Shown: piece after piece, positions 55,322 to 64,000 of the stretch
Position numbering within the stretch: position 1 is the first letter of the stretch
How the letters are laid out: each line of letters begins with the position of its first letter
Assembly: GCA_965140705.1 (NCBI GenBank)
Contig: OZ223300.1
Span: forward strand, 736,001 to 800,000
DNA: 64,000 nt
Reading direction: 5' to 3'
Origin: an uncultured Arcobacter sp.
GTDB taxonomy: Bacteria > Campylobacterota > Campylobacteria > Campylobacterales > Arcobacteraceae
Translations under genes and position numbers: made by a program
Notes under the pieces: model-generated
Told to the model about the DNA's origin: nothing
Databases searched by the model: none
The model's input: the letters and a program-made list of their open reading frames with translations, nothing else

Positions 55322-56344
55322 TTATAGTATTACAGCTTTTCCATTTTTCATTACAATTGTATCTTCTATTCTTACTCCAAATTCATTTGGAAGGTAAATT
55401 CCAGGTTCAATTGTAAAAACCATATTATCTTCAATAACTACATCAGATTTAGAGTTAATATATGGATGTTCATGGATATCAAGTCCTACTCCATGTCCAG
55501 TGCTGTGAATAAAATATTTTCCAAAACCAGCTTTTTCAATAACACTTCTTGTTAAATTATCTATATCTTTAGCTTTCATTCCTACTTTTGCATTTTCTAT
55601 TGCATTTAGTTGGGCTTTATAAACTAAGTCATAGATTTTTTGTTGTTTTTTTGATTTGAATTTTTGTTTTCTAGAAAAACTTAATTCACCACCAAAAGAT
55701 GCAGTACAAGTTCTATCAGAACAATATCTTTTGTATTTCACTCCAGCATCAACTAAAAGTAAATCATTTTTTTGTAACTTTTTATTTGTAGGAAGAGCGT
55801 GTGGTTTTGCTGCATTTTCATTAATAGCAATAATTGGATCAAAACTTAAGTCATATTTTCCCATATTTTTATATGATTCTACAGCTTTAAAATGAAGCAA
55901 GGTCTCTTTTTTATTTAGACCATTTTTATTGATATATTTTGCAAGTCTTTCAAAACCATTTCTCCCAATTTTGGCAGCTTTTTTCAAAATAGCAATTTCT
56001 TCATCTGTTTTAATAACTCTTTTTAGATGGGAAAAATTTACTTGGTTTGTAAAGTTTACTTTTAAATTTTCTGTTAATTTGTTAAATTTATTATATGTAA
56101 AATCATTGCCATCAAAGATTATCTCTTTTATCTTCTCTTTTGTTAATATCTCTTGTGCACTTTTTATTAAGTCACTACTTTCTATTACTTCTGTATTTTT
56201 AACTTTCTCTTTTGCTTCTATTGTATATCTAGCATCTGTGATAAAAAAAGATTCATTTCCTAGTTTTATAAAAATCACATTATCGCAAGAGTAGTTGCAT
56301 TCATAATAAATTGCATTTTCATTTGTTAGTATATAATTGCTCAC
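55322..56344 (-). CDS. Xaa-Pro peptidase (M24 family)
   Basis: [37 protein letters not shown]. Confidence 0.93.
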   Translation of the reverse strand: MSNYILTNENAIYYECNYSCDNVIFIKLGNESFFITDARYTIEAKEKVKNTEVIESSDLIKSAQEILTKEKIKEIIFDGNDFTYNKFNKLTENLKVNFTNQVNFSHLKRVIKTDEEIAILKKAAKIGRNGFERLAKYINKNGLNKKETLLHFKAVESYKNMGKYDLSFDPIIAINENAAKPHALPTNKKLQKNDLLLVDAGVKYKRYCSDRTCTASFGGELSFSRKQKFKSKKQQKIYDLVYKAQLNAIENAKVGMKAKDIDNLTRSVIEKAGFGKYFIHSTGHGVGLDIHEHPYINSKSDVVIEDNMVFTIEPGIYLPNEFGVRIEDTIVMKNGKAVIL

Positions 56345-56407
56345 TTATTTAGCCTTAACTATAATTTGAATATAATCATAGCTAAATTTTACACAAGGAA
56401 AAATAAT

Positions 56408-56890
56408 ATGAAAATTGCGGTAATTCAAGGTCCAAACATAAATATGCTAGGTGTAAGAGAACAACATATATATGGACCTATGACTTTAGACCAAATTCAT
56501 CAAGGTATGAAAGAACAAGCTTCTCAAAATGGAATAGAATTAGAATTTTTTCAATCAAACTTAGAAGGTGAAATCGTAGATAAAATTCAAGAATGTTTAG
56601 GTGAGTTTGATGGTATTATTATAAATCCAGCAGCTTATACTCACTCATCAATTGCTATTGCTGATGCTCTATCAGCTGTAAATTTACCAACAGTTGAAGT
56701 ACATATTTCAAATATATATAAAAGAGAAGAGTTTAGACAAAAGTCAATTACTGCTGCTAGTAGTACAGGAGTTATCGCTGGGTTTGGACCATTTGGTTAT
56801 CACTTAGCACTTATTTCATTAGGTCAAATTATTAGTGAAGTAAAAGCTATGGAAAAAGCAAGAGCAGAACAACAAGCTGCTAAAGCGTAA
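56408..56890 (+). CDS. aroQ: Type II 3-dehydroquinate dehydratase
   Basis: [30 protein letters not shown] after AAGGA. Confidence 0.96.
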   Translation: MKIAVIQGPNINMLGVREQHIYGPMTLDQIHQGMKEQASQNGIELEFFQSNLEGEIVDKIQECLGEFDGIIINPAAYTHSSIAIADALSAVNLPTVEVHISNIYKREEFRQKSITAASSTGVIAGFGPFGYHLALISLGQIISEVKAMEKARAEQQAAKA

Positions 56891-56892
56891 GT

Positions 56893-58119
56893 ATGAAAAT
56901 ATTAAAAGCCTCTTGGCTTATATGTGTCGATGAAAATAGCACTATCATAAAAGATGGTGCTATTTTATTTGATGAAAAGATTAAAGATTTTGGGGAAATA
57001 GAGTCTTTAAAAGCTAAATATAAAGACTTAGAGGTAGAAGATTTAGGCGATAATACAGTTTTAATGCCAGGTCTTATTAATTCACATATTCATTTAGAAT
57101 TTTCTTCAAATAGCACAAGCTTATCCTATGGAAACTTTATGTCATGGTTAAACTCTGTTATTATAAATAGAGAAGCTTTGATAGAAAAAAGTAGTACAAC
57201 TCTTATAAATACAAAACTTAATGAGATGTTAAAAGGTGGAACCACTACAATAGGTGCTATTAGTTCATATGGTTTTGAAATAGAAGCTTGTACAAAAACA
57301 CCAATAAATACTGTTTTATTTTCTGAAGTAATTGGAAGTAAAGCAGATATGATTGATACTCTTTTTACTGATTTTAAAGCAAGATTAGAAAGTGCTAAAA
57401 AAAGTGCTTCTAAGAGTTTTATTCCAGCTATTGCTATACATTCACCTTATTCTGTACATCCTTTCTTAGTAAGAGAAACACTTAGACTTGCAAAAGAAGA
57501 AAACTTAAGTGTTAGTGCACACTTTTTAGAATCAATTGAAGAGTTTGATTGGTTACATAAAGATGAGGGAAAATTTTTAGAGTTTTTTAAAAACTTTTTA
57601 GGACAAGAAAAGAGTGCAACAAAACCTATGGAGTTTTTACAACAGTTTTCTGGTATAAAAAACTTATCTTTTACTCATTGTGTGGAAGCTAGTGATAATG
57701 ATTTAGAAAAAATAAAAGAATTGGGTGCTGTGATTAATCACTGTCCAACATCAAATAGAGTTTTAAATAACAAAAGATTAGAAATAGAGAAACTAAAAGA
57801 TATAACTTATGCTATTGGTACAGATGGACTTAGTTCAAATAACTCTTTACAAATGTTTGATGAACTTAGAAATGCTCTTATGATACATACAAATTTAAAT
57901 ATAAATGAACTATCAGTTGATTTAATAAAAGCTGCAACACTAAATGGTGCAAAAGCTTTAGGACTAAATAAAGGTAGAATAAAACAAGGCTTTGATGCAG
58001 ATATAATTGTATGTAAACTTCCAGATGAAGTTAAAAATGAAGAAGAACTTTGTACTCAAATCATTTTGCATACAAAAGAAGTACAAAATGTCTATATAAA
58101 TGGAGAAAAACATGTTTGA
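56893..58119 (+). CDS. mqnF: Amidohydrolase, likely aminodeoxyfutalosine deaminase
   Basis: PGLINSHIHLEF, HSPYS, HFLES, GTDGLSSN; position between aroQ and sppA. Confidence 0.75.
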   Translation: MKILKASWLICVDENSTIIKDGAILFDEKIKDFGEIESLKAKYKDLEVEDLGDNTVLMPGLINSHIHLEFSSNSTSLSYGNFMSWLNSVIINREALIEKSSTTLINTKLNEMLKGGTTTIGAISSYGFEIEACTKTPINTVLFSEVIGSKADMIDTLFTDFKARLESAKKSASKSFIPAIAIHSPYSVHPFLVRETLRLAKEENLSVSAHFLESIEEFDWLHKDEGKFLEFFKNFLGQEKSATKPMEFLQQFSGIKNLSFTHCVEASDNDLEKIKELGAVINHCPTSNRVLNNKRLEIEKLKDITYAIGTDGLSSNNSLQMFDELRNALMIHTNLNINELSVDLIKAATLNGAKALGLNKGRIKQGFDADIIVCKLPDEVKNEEELCTQIILHTKEVQNVYINGEKHV

Positions 58120-58999
58120 TTTTTTTAGAAAGATTTTTACACCAATAATTGCTATTTTAGATTTTATAACTAAATATTTTAAAACAATAGTTTTTTTAAC
58201 TATTATTTATTTTATTGTAAGTTCAAATACCACTTCATCAATAAGTTCAGTTGAAGATAATGCAAACTTACAAAAAATAGAGTTAGCAGGTCCAATTTTA
58301 AATGTTGATAAAGTTCTAGATGAAATAAATAAAGCTAAAGCAAATCAAAATATAAAAGGGGTTTTACTTGTAGTTAATTCTCCTGGTGGTTCAGTTGCTC
58401 CTTCGGTTGAATTATCATATGCAATAAAAGAGTTAAGAGCTGTTAAACCAGTAGTTGCTTATGCAAGTGGTGTAATGGCAAGTGGAAGTTATTATGCTTC
58501 TATTTGGGCAAATAAAATTATTGCAAATCCAGGAAGTATGATTGGATCTATTGGAGTTATATTTCAAGGTGCAAATGTTGAAGAGCTAATGAAAAAAATT
58601 GGTGTCTCAACACAAACAATAAAAGCTGGAAAATATAAAGAAGCTGGAACTTTCTCAAGAGCATGGAATGAGAGTGAAAAAGAAGAGTTAAAATCAGTTA
58701 TTTCAGATACTTATGACATGTTTATAACAGATGTTGCAAATGCAAGAAGACTAAAAAAACAAGATAATGAAAAATATGCAAATGCACATATTTTTACAGC
58801 AAGACAAGCTAAGAAAGTAGGGCTAATCGATGAGGTTGGCACAATTAGTATTGCTAAAAATGAACTTTATAAAATTGCAAAAGTTAGAAATCCTAGTTGG
58901 AAAAAACAAGATAAATTTGATAAATTTATTGATAGAATAGTTAGTGAAACTATTACTAACTTTTCATTGAAGTTCAATGACGGTTTAAAAGCCTATTAA
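58112..58999 (+). CDS. sppA: Signal peptide peptidase SppA
   Basis: NSPGG, ASGSYY, GSIGV, GKYK, GLIDEVG. Confidence 0.93.
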   Translation: MFDFFRKIFTPIIAILDFITKYFKTIVFLTIIYFIVSSNTTSSISSVEDNANLQKIELAGPILNVDKVLDEINKAKANQNIKGVLLVVNSPGGSVAPSVELSYAIKELRAVKPVVAYASGVMASGSYYASIWANKIIANPGSMIGSIGVIFQGANVEELMKKIGVSTQTIKAGKYKEAGTFSRAWNESEKEELKSVISDTYDMFITDVANARRLKKQDNEKYANAHIFTARQAKKVGLIDEVGTISIAKNELYKIAKVRNPSWKKQDKFDKFIDRIVSETITNFSLKFNDGLKAY

Positions 59000-59001
59000 A
59001 T

Positions 59002-59144
59002 AAAACAAATTTAGCTCTTTAACTTACTTTGAAAATCTTCGTTAAAGAGTTAAATTTACTCAGTCACATACTCTTTGTATGCTCCTTCCTAAATTCATCT
59101 CTTTGCCTTGATTTTCTTTGTAATTTAAATTCTAAATTTGTTTT
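59002..59144. repeat. MITE-like palindromic element after sppA
   Basis: 13-bp terminal inverted repeat AAAACAAATTTAG/CTAAATTTGTTTT with nested internal stems. Confidence 0.75.
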
Positions 59145-59149
59145 TAAAT

Positions 59150-59180
59150 ATATTTTACAATTTTTACATTTGTAAAATAT
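59150..59180. promoter_or_regulatory. Inverted repeat upstream of the TIR-NACHT gene
   Basis: ATATTTTACAA-N9-TTGTAAAATAT ahead of TATAAT boxes at 59193 and 59205. Confidence 0.4.
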
Positions 59181-59241
59181 TAAGCTTCATTTTATAATTA
59201 AAACTATAATATACTTTTATATATTTAGTTAGGAGTATTTT

Positions 59242-62200
59242 GTGGAAAAAGTTTTAGAAGCTTATAAAGTTTTTTTAGAAACAGAGGAATTGGGTGCAAC
59301 AGATACAAAAAAATTGAATTTGGTAATTAGTAAATTAGATAATGAAAATAAAATATTAAAAAATGATGTTATCTTTTTAATAGCTAAAAGTAGTAAAGAT
59401 AAGGATGGTGCATATAGAAATTTTGTTTCAAGATTAGAAAATGCAATAAATGTTGCAAAAGATGAAGCAAAAGAAGATATAAAAGATGTTCTAAATACTC
59501 TCTACTTAGAAAAAATAAAAATAAATGACAAGCAATATTTGAAATTTCATGGAAATGTATTAAAACCATTAAATACTGTTATCCCTAATACAAATTATTC
59601 TGAAGAAAATTATATTGAAGCACTTGGAACGAATTCTAAATTAAATATTTTTATAAGTTATGCAACCTCTGATGAAAAAGATGTGGCTTTATTTAAATCT
59701 ACACTTGAAAAAATTGCGGATGATAAGGTGATAACTTGGACGATGGGAAAGTTAGTACATGGAATTTCATTTGATAAACAAATAAAAAAAGAGTTAGAAA
59801 AATGTGACTATGGTTTTGCTATGGTATCTAAGAACTTTTTAAATAGTGACTATATTAAAGAAGTAGAATTAAAAAGACTTCTTGAAGATAATATAATTTT
59901 TCCGATTCTTTTGGATGGTAGTTTTAGCGAGTTGGGAGAAGAACACAAAGATGAAATAGTCAAAAAGTTATTACAAACTCATATTTTTTCTTTAAAAGAT
60001 AGAGGAAGAAATGATTCTTTTAGTAAGATGGTGGATGATAATTCAAGAGAAATTTTTGTTAATGCTGTAATTAAAGCATTAGAGAATAGAAAAAATCATG
60101 ATTTAGAAGAAGAAAATATTTTTAGGGCTAATCATCAATGTTATATTAATTCAAGAAAAGAATACAATCCTAAACTATATACAGATTCTTATTGTACACG
60201 GCAAGAGATAACTACAGCTGTAGAAACAATGGTAAATGATGAAGAAACTTTAGAAAATAGAGTTAATCTTTTAGCTGACATGATTAATTGGGTTACAGAA
60301 AAAAACTCTCCTATCTATGCACTTTTAGGTGAATATGGTGTGGGAAAAACTTTTAATACTCGTATGTTTGCTTCTAAATTAGAAGAGTTAAGAAAGACAA
60401 AGAAAGATTTGCCTTATCCTTTATATATAGATTTAAGAGATACTCCTACTTTTATAGAATTAAATGGCTCAAAAAGACAAGTGACCGTAGAAGAGTTAAT
60501 AGTAGAAATTCTAAGATTATCAAATAACAAAGAATTTTCAGCTGAAAAAATTATTGAAGATAATAAAAAGGGAAAAGCAATACTTATCTTTGATGGATTA
60601 GATGAAAAACTTGTACACTATCCAAAAGATATGAAAAATAAGTTTTTAAGAGAACTTGTTAATGTACTAGATGTGAGAAATTTTGTAAAAACAAATCAAA
60701 AAATTCTTATATCTTGTAGAACACACTATTTTGAAAGTATCAAAGAACAAAACTCTTTTTTAAGAGATAACGAGCGATTTGATGTTGGTAAGACAAATTA
60801 CCATGCAACTGAAATACTTCCTTTTAATATGGAACAAATTAAAAGTTATATTAAAAAAGTTTTCCCTAGTGATGAAATTGAAAAGATACTTACTTTTATT
60901 TCTAGTGATAATTATTTAAAAACGATTGTGACAAAGCCACTTATGTTAAATAAATTATCAGCAATTTTACCTAAGCTAATTGAACATAAAAATGGAAATA
61001 AAAAAATTACATCAAAAGTTTTTTATCAAGCTTTGATTGATGATACTTTTTCTCGTGATAATGAAAAACATACAATTAATATTAGAGATAAAAAAAGATT
61101 ATTAAAAGAAGTATCTTATATGTTTTATAAAAAAGGTATACAAAGTATTTCTATTGATAAACTCAATGATTGGTTCAATGAATACATCTATGAACAACCG
61201 ATTTTTAAAAAATATCAAGAAAAAGATTTTGATATACTTGAGCTTGATTTAAGAAACTCATCTTTATTGGTTCGTTTTGGAGATGCAAATTTTGGTTTTT
61301 CTCATAGTTCATTTTATGAGTATTTTATTGCAGAATATCTTTTTGAAAATTGGGAAAACTTCCACTTTAGTGGAAAATTATCTGAATTAACATTTGAATT
61401 TATAAAAGATACTATTAAAGAATTGGATTTTAATGATAAAAATGAGTTTATCGGAAAACTAAAAAAAACTCTTGCTAAAGATACATTAGAGAATAAAAAA
61501 TTTCAACTTGATTTATTAAAAGAGTTAAAAATAGATGTTGATAATATTATTTTGGATACTCAAGAATTAGAGTACTACACAATGAAAAATATTCATTGTA
61601 ATTATTTAAAAGTAAGAAATACGAATCTTTTTAGTTGTAAACTAATAGATTGTTCAATAAACTCTTTAGATGTAGTAAACTCAAATTTCAATGAAAGTTA
61701 TATAAAGAATTGTAAAATTACAAAGATAACAAAAGATAACAAATCTATTATGGATTATATAACAGATTTTGACAATGTAATAGATGAACATATCTTGAAA
61801 CTTAAAGGACTTCATAATTTTAAAAATAATAATAAGATAAATATAACAAGAGTAAATATAAGTGGTGGTAGGATTAGTTCTATTGCAGAGGATGAAAAAA
61901 ACATTTATGTTGGTTCTAGCGATGGATTTAAAGTATATAGTAAAGAGAGTTTTAGTTGTATTAAAGAGATAAACAGTGGTTGGGTTAATTCTATTGCAGA
62001 GGATGAAAAAAACATTTATGTTGGTTCTCGCGATGGATTTAAAGTATATAGTAAAGAGAGTTTTAGCTGTATTAAAGAGATAAACAGTGGTTGGGTTAAT
62101 TCTATTGCAGAGGATGAAAAAAACACTTATGTTGGTTTTAGCGATGGATTTAAAGTATATAGTAAAGAGAGTTTTAGCTGTATTAAAGAGATAAACGGTG

Positions 62201-63579
62201 GTTGGGTTAATTCTATTGCAGAGGATGAAAAAAACATTTATGTTGGTTCTAGTGATGGATTTAAAGTATATAGTAAAAAGAGTTTTAGCTGTATTAAAGA
62301 GATAAACAGTGGTAGGATTAATTCTATTGCAGAGGATGAAAAAAACATTTATGTTGGTTCTCGCGATGGATTTAAAGTATATAGTAAAGAGAGTTTTAGC
62401 TGTATTAAAGAGATAAACAGTGGTTGGGTTGATTCTATTGCAGAGGATGAAAAAAACATTTATGTTGGTTCTGACGATGGATTTAAAGTATATAGTAAAG
62501 AGAGTTTTAGCTGTATTAAAGAGATAAACAGTGGTAGGATTAATTCTATTGCAGAGGATGAAAAAAACATTTATGTTGTTTTTAACAATGGATTTAAAGT
62601 GTATAGTAAAGAGAGTTTTAGCTGTATTAAAGAGATAAACAGTGATTGGGTTAATTCTATTGCAGAAGATGAAAAAAACATTTATGTTGGTTCTCGCGAT
62701 GGATTTAAAGTATATAGTAAAGAGAGTTTTAGCTGTATTAAAGAGATAAACAGTGGTTGGGTTAATTCTATTGCAGAGGATGAAAAAAACACTTATGTTG
62801 GTTTTAGCGATGGATTTAAAGTATATAGTAAAGAGAGTTTTAGCTGTATTAAAGAGATAAACGGTGGTTGGGTTAATTCTATTGCAGAGGATGAAAAAAA
62901 CATTTATGTTGGTTTTAGCGATGGATTTAAAGTATATAGTAAAGAGAGTTTTAGCTGTATTAAAGAGATAAACGGTGGTTGGGTTAATTCTATTGCAGAG
63001 GATGAAAAAAACACTTATGTTGGTTCTAGTGATGGATTTAAAGTATATAGTAAAAAGAGTTTTAGCTGTATTAAAGAGATAAACAGTGGTAGGATTAATT
63101 CTATTGCAGAGGATGAAAAAAACATTTATGTTGGTTCTGACGATGGATTTAAAGTATATAGTAAAGAGAGTTTTAGCTGTATTAAAGAGATAAACAGTGG
63201 TTGGGTTGATTCTATTGCAGAGGATGAAAAAAACATTTATGTTGGTTCTGACGATGGATTTAAAGTATATAGTAAAGAGAGTTTTAGCTGTATTAAAGAG
63301 ATAAACAGTGATAGGATTAATTCTATTGCAGAGGATGAAAAAAACATTTATGTTGTTTTTAACAATGGATTTAAAGTGTATAATAAAATAAATTTTAATA
63401 ATAAAATTATACTTGCATTAGGGAATGAAAGAGATTGGTGTAGTATTAATTTTGAAAGAAATGTTATAAAAGGGACTGAAATGTCTTGGAAACTTGTAAC
63501 GGTTGAAGATGAAAAAGGTTATGTGTTTAGTGTAGATGAACTAGTTAATTTTGAACTTTGTAACTATATTAATAATTGA
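59242..63579 (+). CDS. NLR-like TIR-NACHT-beta-propeller protein
   Basis: AGGAG RBS, GTG start; TIR (IFISYA...SKNFLNSDYIKEVEL); Walker A GEYGVGKT; Walker B LIFDGLDE; ISCR; FSHSSFYEYF; 14 WD40-like repeats. Confidence 0.9.
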   Translation: MEKVLEAYKVFLETEELGATDTKKLNLVISKLDNENKILKNDVIFLIAKSSKDKDGAYRNFVSRLENAINVAKDEAKEDIKDVLNTLYLEKIKINDKQYLKFHGNVLKPLNTVIPNTNYSEENYIEALGTNSKLNIFISYATSDEKDVALFKSTLEKIADDKVITWTMGKLVHGISFDKQIKKELEKCDYGFAMVSKNFLNSDYIKEVELKRLLEDNIIFPILLDGSFSELGEEHKDEIVKKLLQTHIFSLKDRGRNDSFSKMVDDNSREIFVNAVIKALENRKNHDLEEENIFRANHQCYINSRKEYNPKLYTDSYCTRQEITTAVETMVNDEETLENRVNLLADMINWVTEKNSPIYALLGEYGVGKTFNTRMFASKLEELRKTKKDLPYPLYIDLRDTPTFIELNGSKRQVTVEELIVEILRLSNNKEFSAEKIIEDNKKGKAILIFDGLDEKLVHYPKDMKNKFLRELVNVLDVRNFVKTNQKILISCRTHYFESIKEQNSFLRDNERFDVGKTNYHATEILPFNMEQIKSYIKKVFPSDEIEKILTFISSDNYLKTIVTKPLMLNKLSAILPKLIEHKNGNKKITSKVFYQALIDDTFSRDNEKHTINIRDKKRLLKEVSYMFYKKGIQSISIDKLNDWFNEYIYEQPIFKKYQEKDFDILELDLRNSSLLVRFGDANFGFSHSSFYEYFIAEYLFENWENFHFSGKLSELTFEFIKDTIKELDFNDKNEFIGKLKKTLAKDTLENKKFQLDLLKELKIDVDNIILDTQELEYYTMKNIHCNYLKVRNTNLFSCKLIDCSINSLDVVNSNFNESYIKNCKITKITKDNKSIMDYITDFDNVIDEHILKLKGLHNFKNNNKINITRVNISGGRISSIAEDEKNIYVGSSDGFKVYSKESFSCIKEINSGWVNSIAEDEKNIYVGSRDGFKVYSKESFSCIKEINSGWVNSIAEDEKNTYVGFSDGFKVYSKESFSCIKEINGGWVNSIAEDEKNIYVGSSDGFKVYSKKSFSCIKEINSGRINSIAEDEKNIYVGSRDGFKVYSKESFSCIKEINSGWVDSIAEDEKNIYVGSDDGFKVYSKESFSCIKEINSGRINSIAEDEKNIYVVFNNGFKVYSKESFSCIKEINSDWVNSIAEDEKNIYVGSRDGFKVYSKESFSCIKEINSGWVNSIAEDEKNTYVGFSDGFKVYSKESFSCIKEINGGWVNSIAEDEKNIYVGFSDGFKVYSKESFSCIKEINGGWVNSIAEDEKNTYVGSSDGFKVYSKKSFSCIKEINSGRINSIAEDEKNIYVGSDDGFKVYSKESFSCIKEINSGWVDSIAEDEKNIYVGSDDGFKVYSKESFSCIKEINSDRINSIAEDEKNIYVVFNNGFKVYNKINFNNKIILALGNERDWCSINFERNVIKGTEMSWKLVTVEDEKGYVFSVDELVNFELCNYINN
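61864..63381 (+). repeat. 14 near-identical in-frame 111-bp (37-aa) tandem repeats; last copy partial
   Basis: TCTATTGCAGA recurs every 111 bp from 61879 to 63322. Confidence 0.97.
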
Positions 63580-63591
63580 TTTAAATGGGAT

Positions 63592-63628
63592 AAAAAAAGG
63601 GTAAGAATAAAAATTCTTACCCTTTTTT
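63592..63628. terminator. Bidirectional terminator between the TIR-NACHT gene and ackA
   Basis: A-run, GGGTAAGAAT/ATTCTTACCC stem, T-run. Confidence 0.85.
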
Positions 63629-63645
63629 AGTTTTTTTCTAAATAC

Positions 63646-64000
63646 TTATCTAGATTCTGTAACTACTTTAAATGTATCATTTGCAATTACATACTCTTCA
63701 TTTGTAGGAATTACAAAGATTCTTGAAGCTGAACCATTTGTTGCTATATCTCTAGCAACTTTTGATCTTTTGTTGTTTTTAACAGGGTCTAAAACTAATC
63801 CCATAGCATCAAGACCTGCACAAACTTTTTCTCTGATTAATGCTGCATTTTCACCAATACCACCTGTGAAACATAAAGCATCAACACCATCAAGTGCTGC
63901 AACGTAAGAACCAACATATTTTTTGATATTGTATGCAACCATATCAACAGCTAATCTACATCTTTCATCACCATTTTGCATACCCTCAAGCACTTCTCTT
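63646..64000 (-). CDS. ackA: Acetate kinase, 3' part only
   Basis: FTGGIGEN, VIPTNEEYVIA. Confidence 0.95.
   Translation of the reverse strand, partial: REVLEGMQNGDERCRLAVDMVAYNIKKYVGSYVAALDGVDALCFTGGIGENAALIREKVCAGLDAMGLVLDPVKNNKRSKVARDIATNGSASRIFVIPTNEEYVIANDTFKVVTESR

Noticed and set aside
61864..63381. CRISPR array
   Set aside because: Units are contiguous 111-bp in-frame coding repeats with no unique spacers; no cas genes in the window
61864..63381. DGR-style adenine mutagenesis (12 of 17 variable columns include an A allele; AAC/AGC/CGC/GAC at one codon)
   Set aside because: No reverse transcriptase or separate template repeat in the window, five columns lack A, the DNA is A-rich, and variants recur in blocks as expected from recombination; a genome-wide search for an RT and a non-coding copy would settle it

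Overview
Strongly AT-rich bacterial chromosomal segment whose gene content and order (ubiE-xseA-cheW, groES-groEL, glmS-metK-accD, dksA-dusB-prmA-ftsH, leuA, lepA, prs, folK, aroQ-mqnF-sppA, ackA) point to Campylobacterota, most likely Arcobacteraceae (inference). Most of it is core genome. The standout accessory gene is a solitary 1445-aa NLR-like protein (59242-63579): an unknown N-terminal domain, TIR, NACHT, a pentapeptide-like linker and 14 near-identical 111-bp/37-aa WD40-like blades. Blade variation is concentrated in two predicted top-face loops and shows 7-unit higher-order periodicity, as in fungal HET-E/HNWD receptors. Other notable items: a MutS7-type MutS-HNH, tandem C-type and D-type mnmA paralogues, a minimal eutB-eutC-eat operon, a likely Leu-sensing leader peptide before leuA, a repeat-structured metK leader, a candidate sRNA/micro-ORF after groEL, two related palindromic elements, and a duplicated comF 5' remnant bracketing an MCP-MATE block. 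No rRNA, tRNA, CRISPR array, transposase or integrase was recognised. All calls come from reading motifs by eye; no searches were run.
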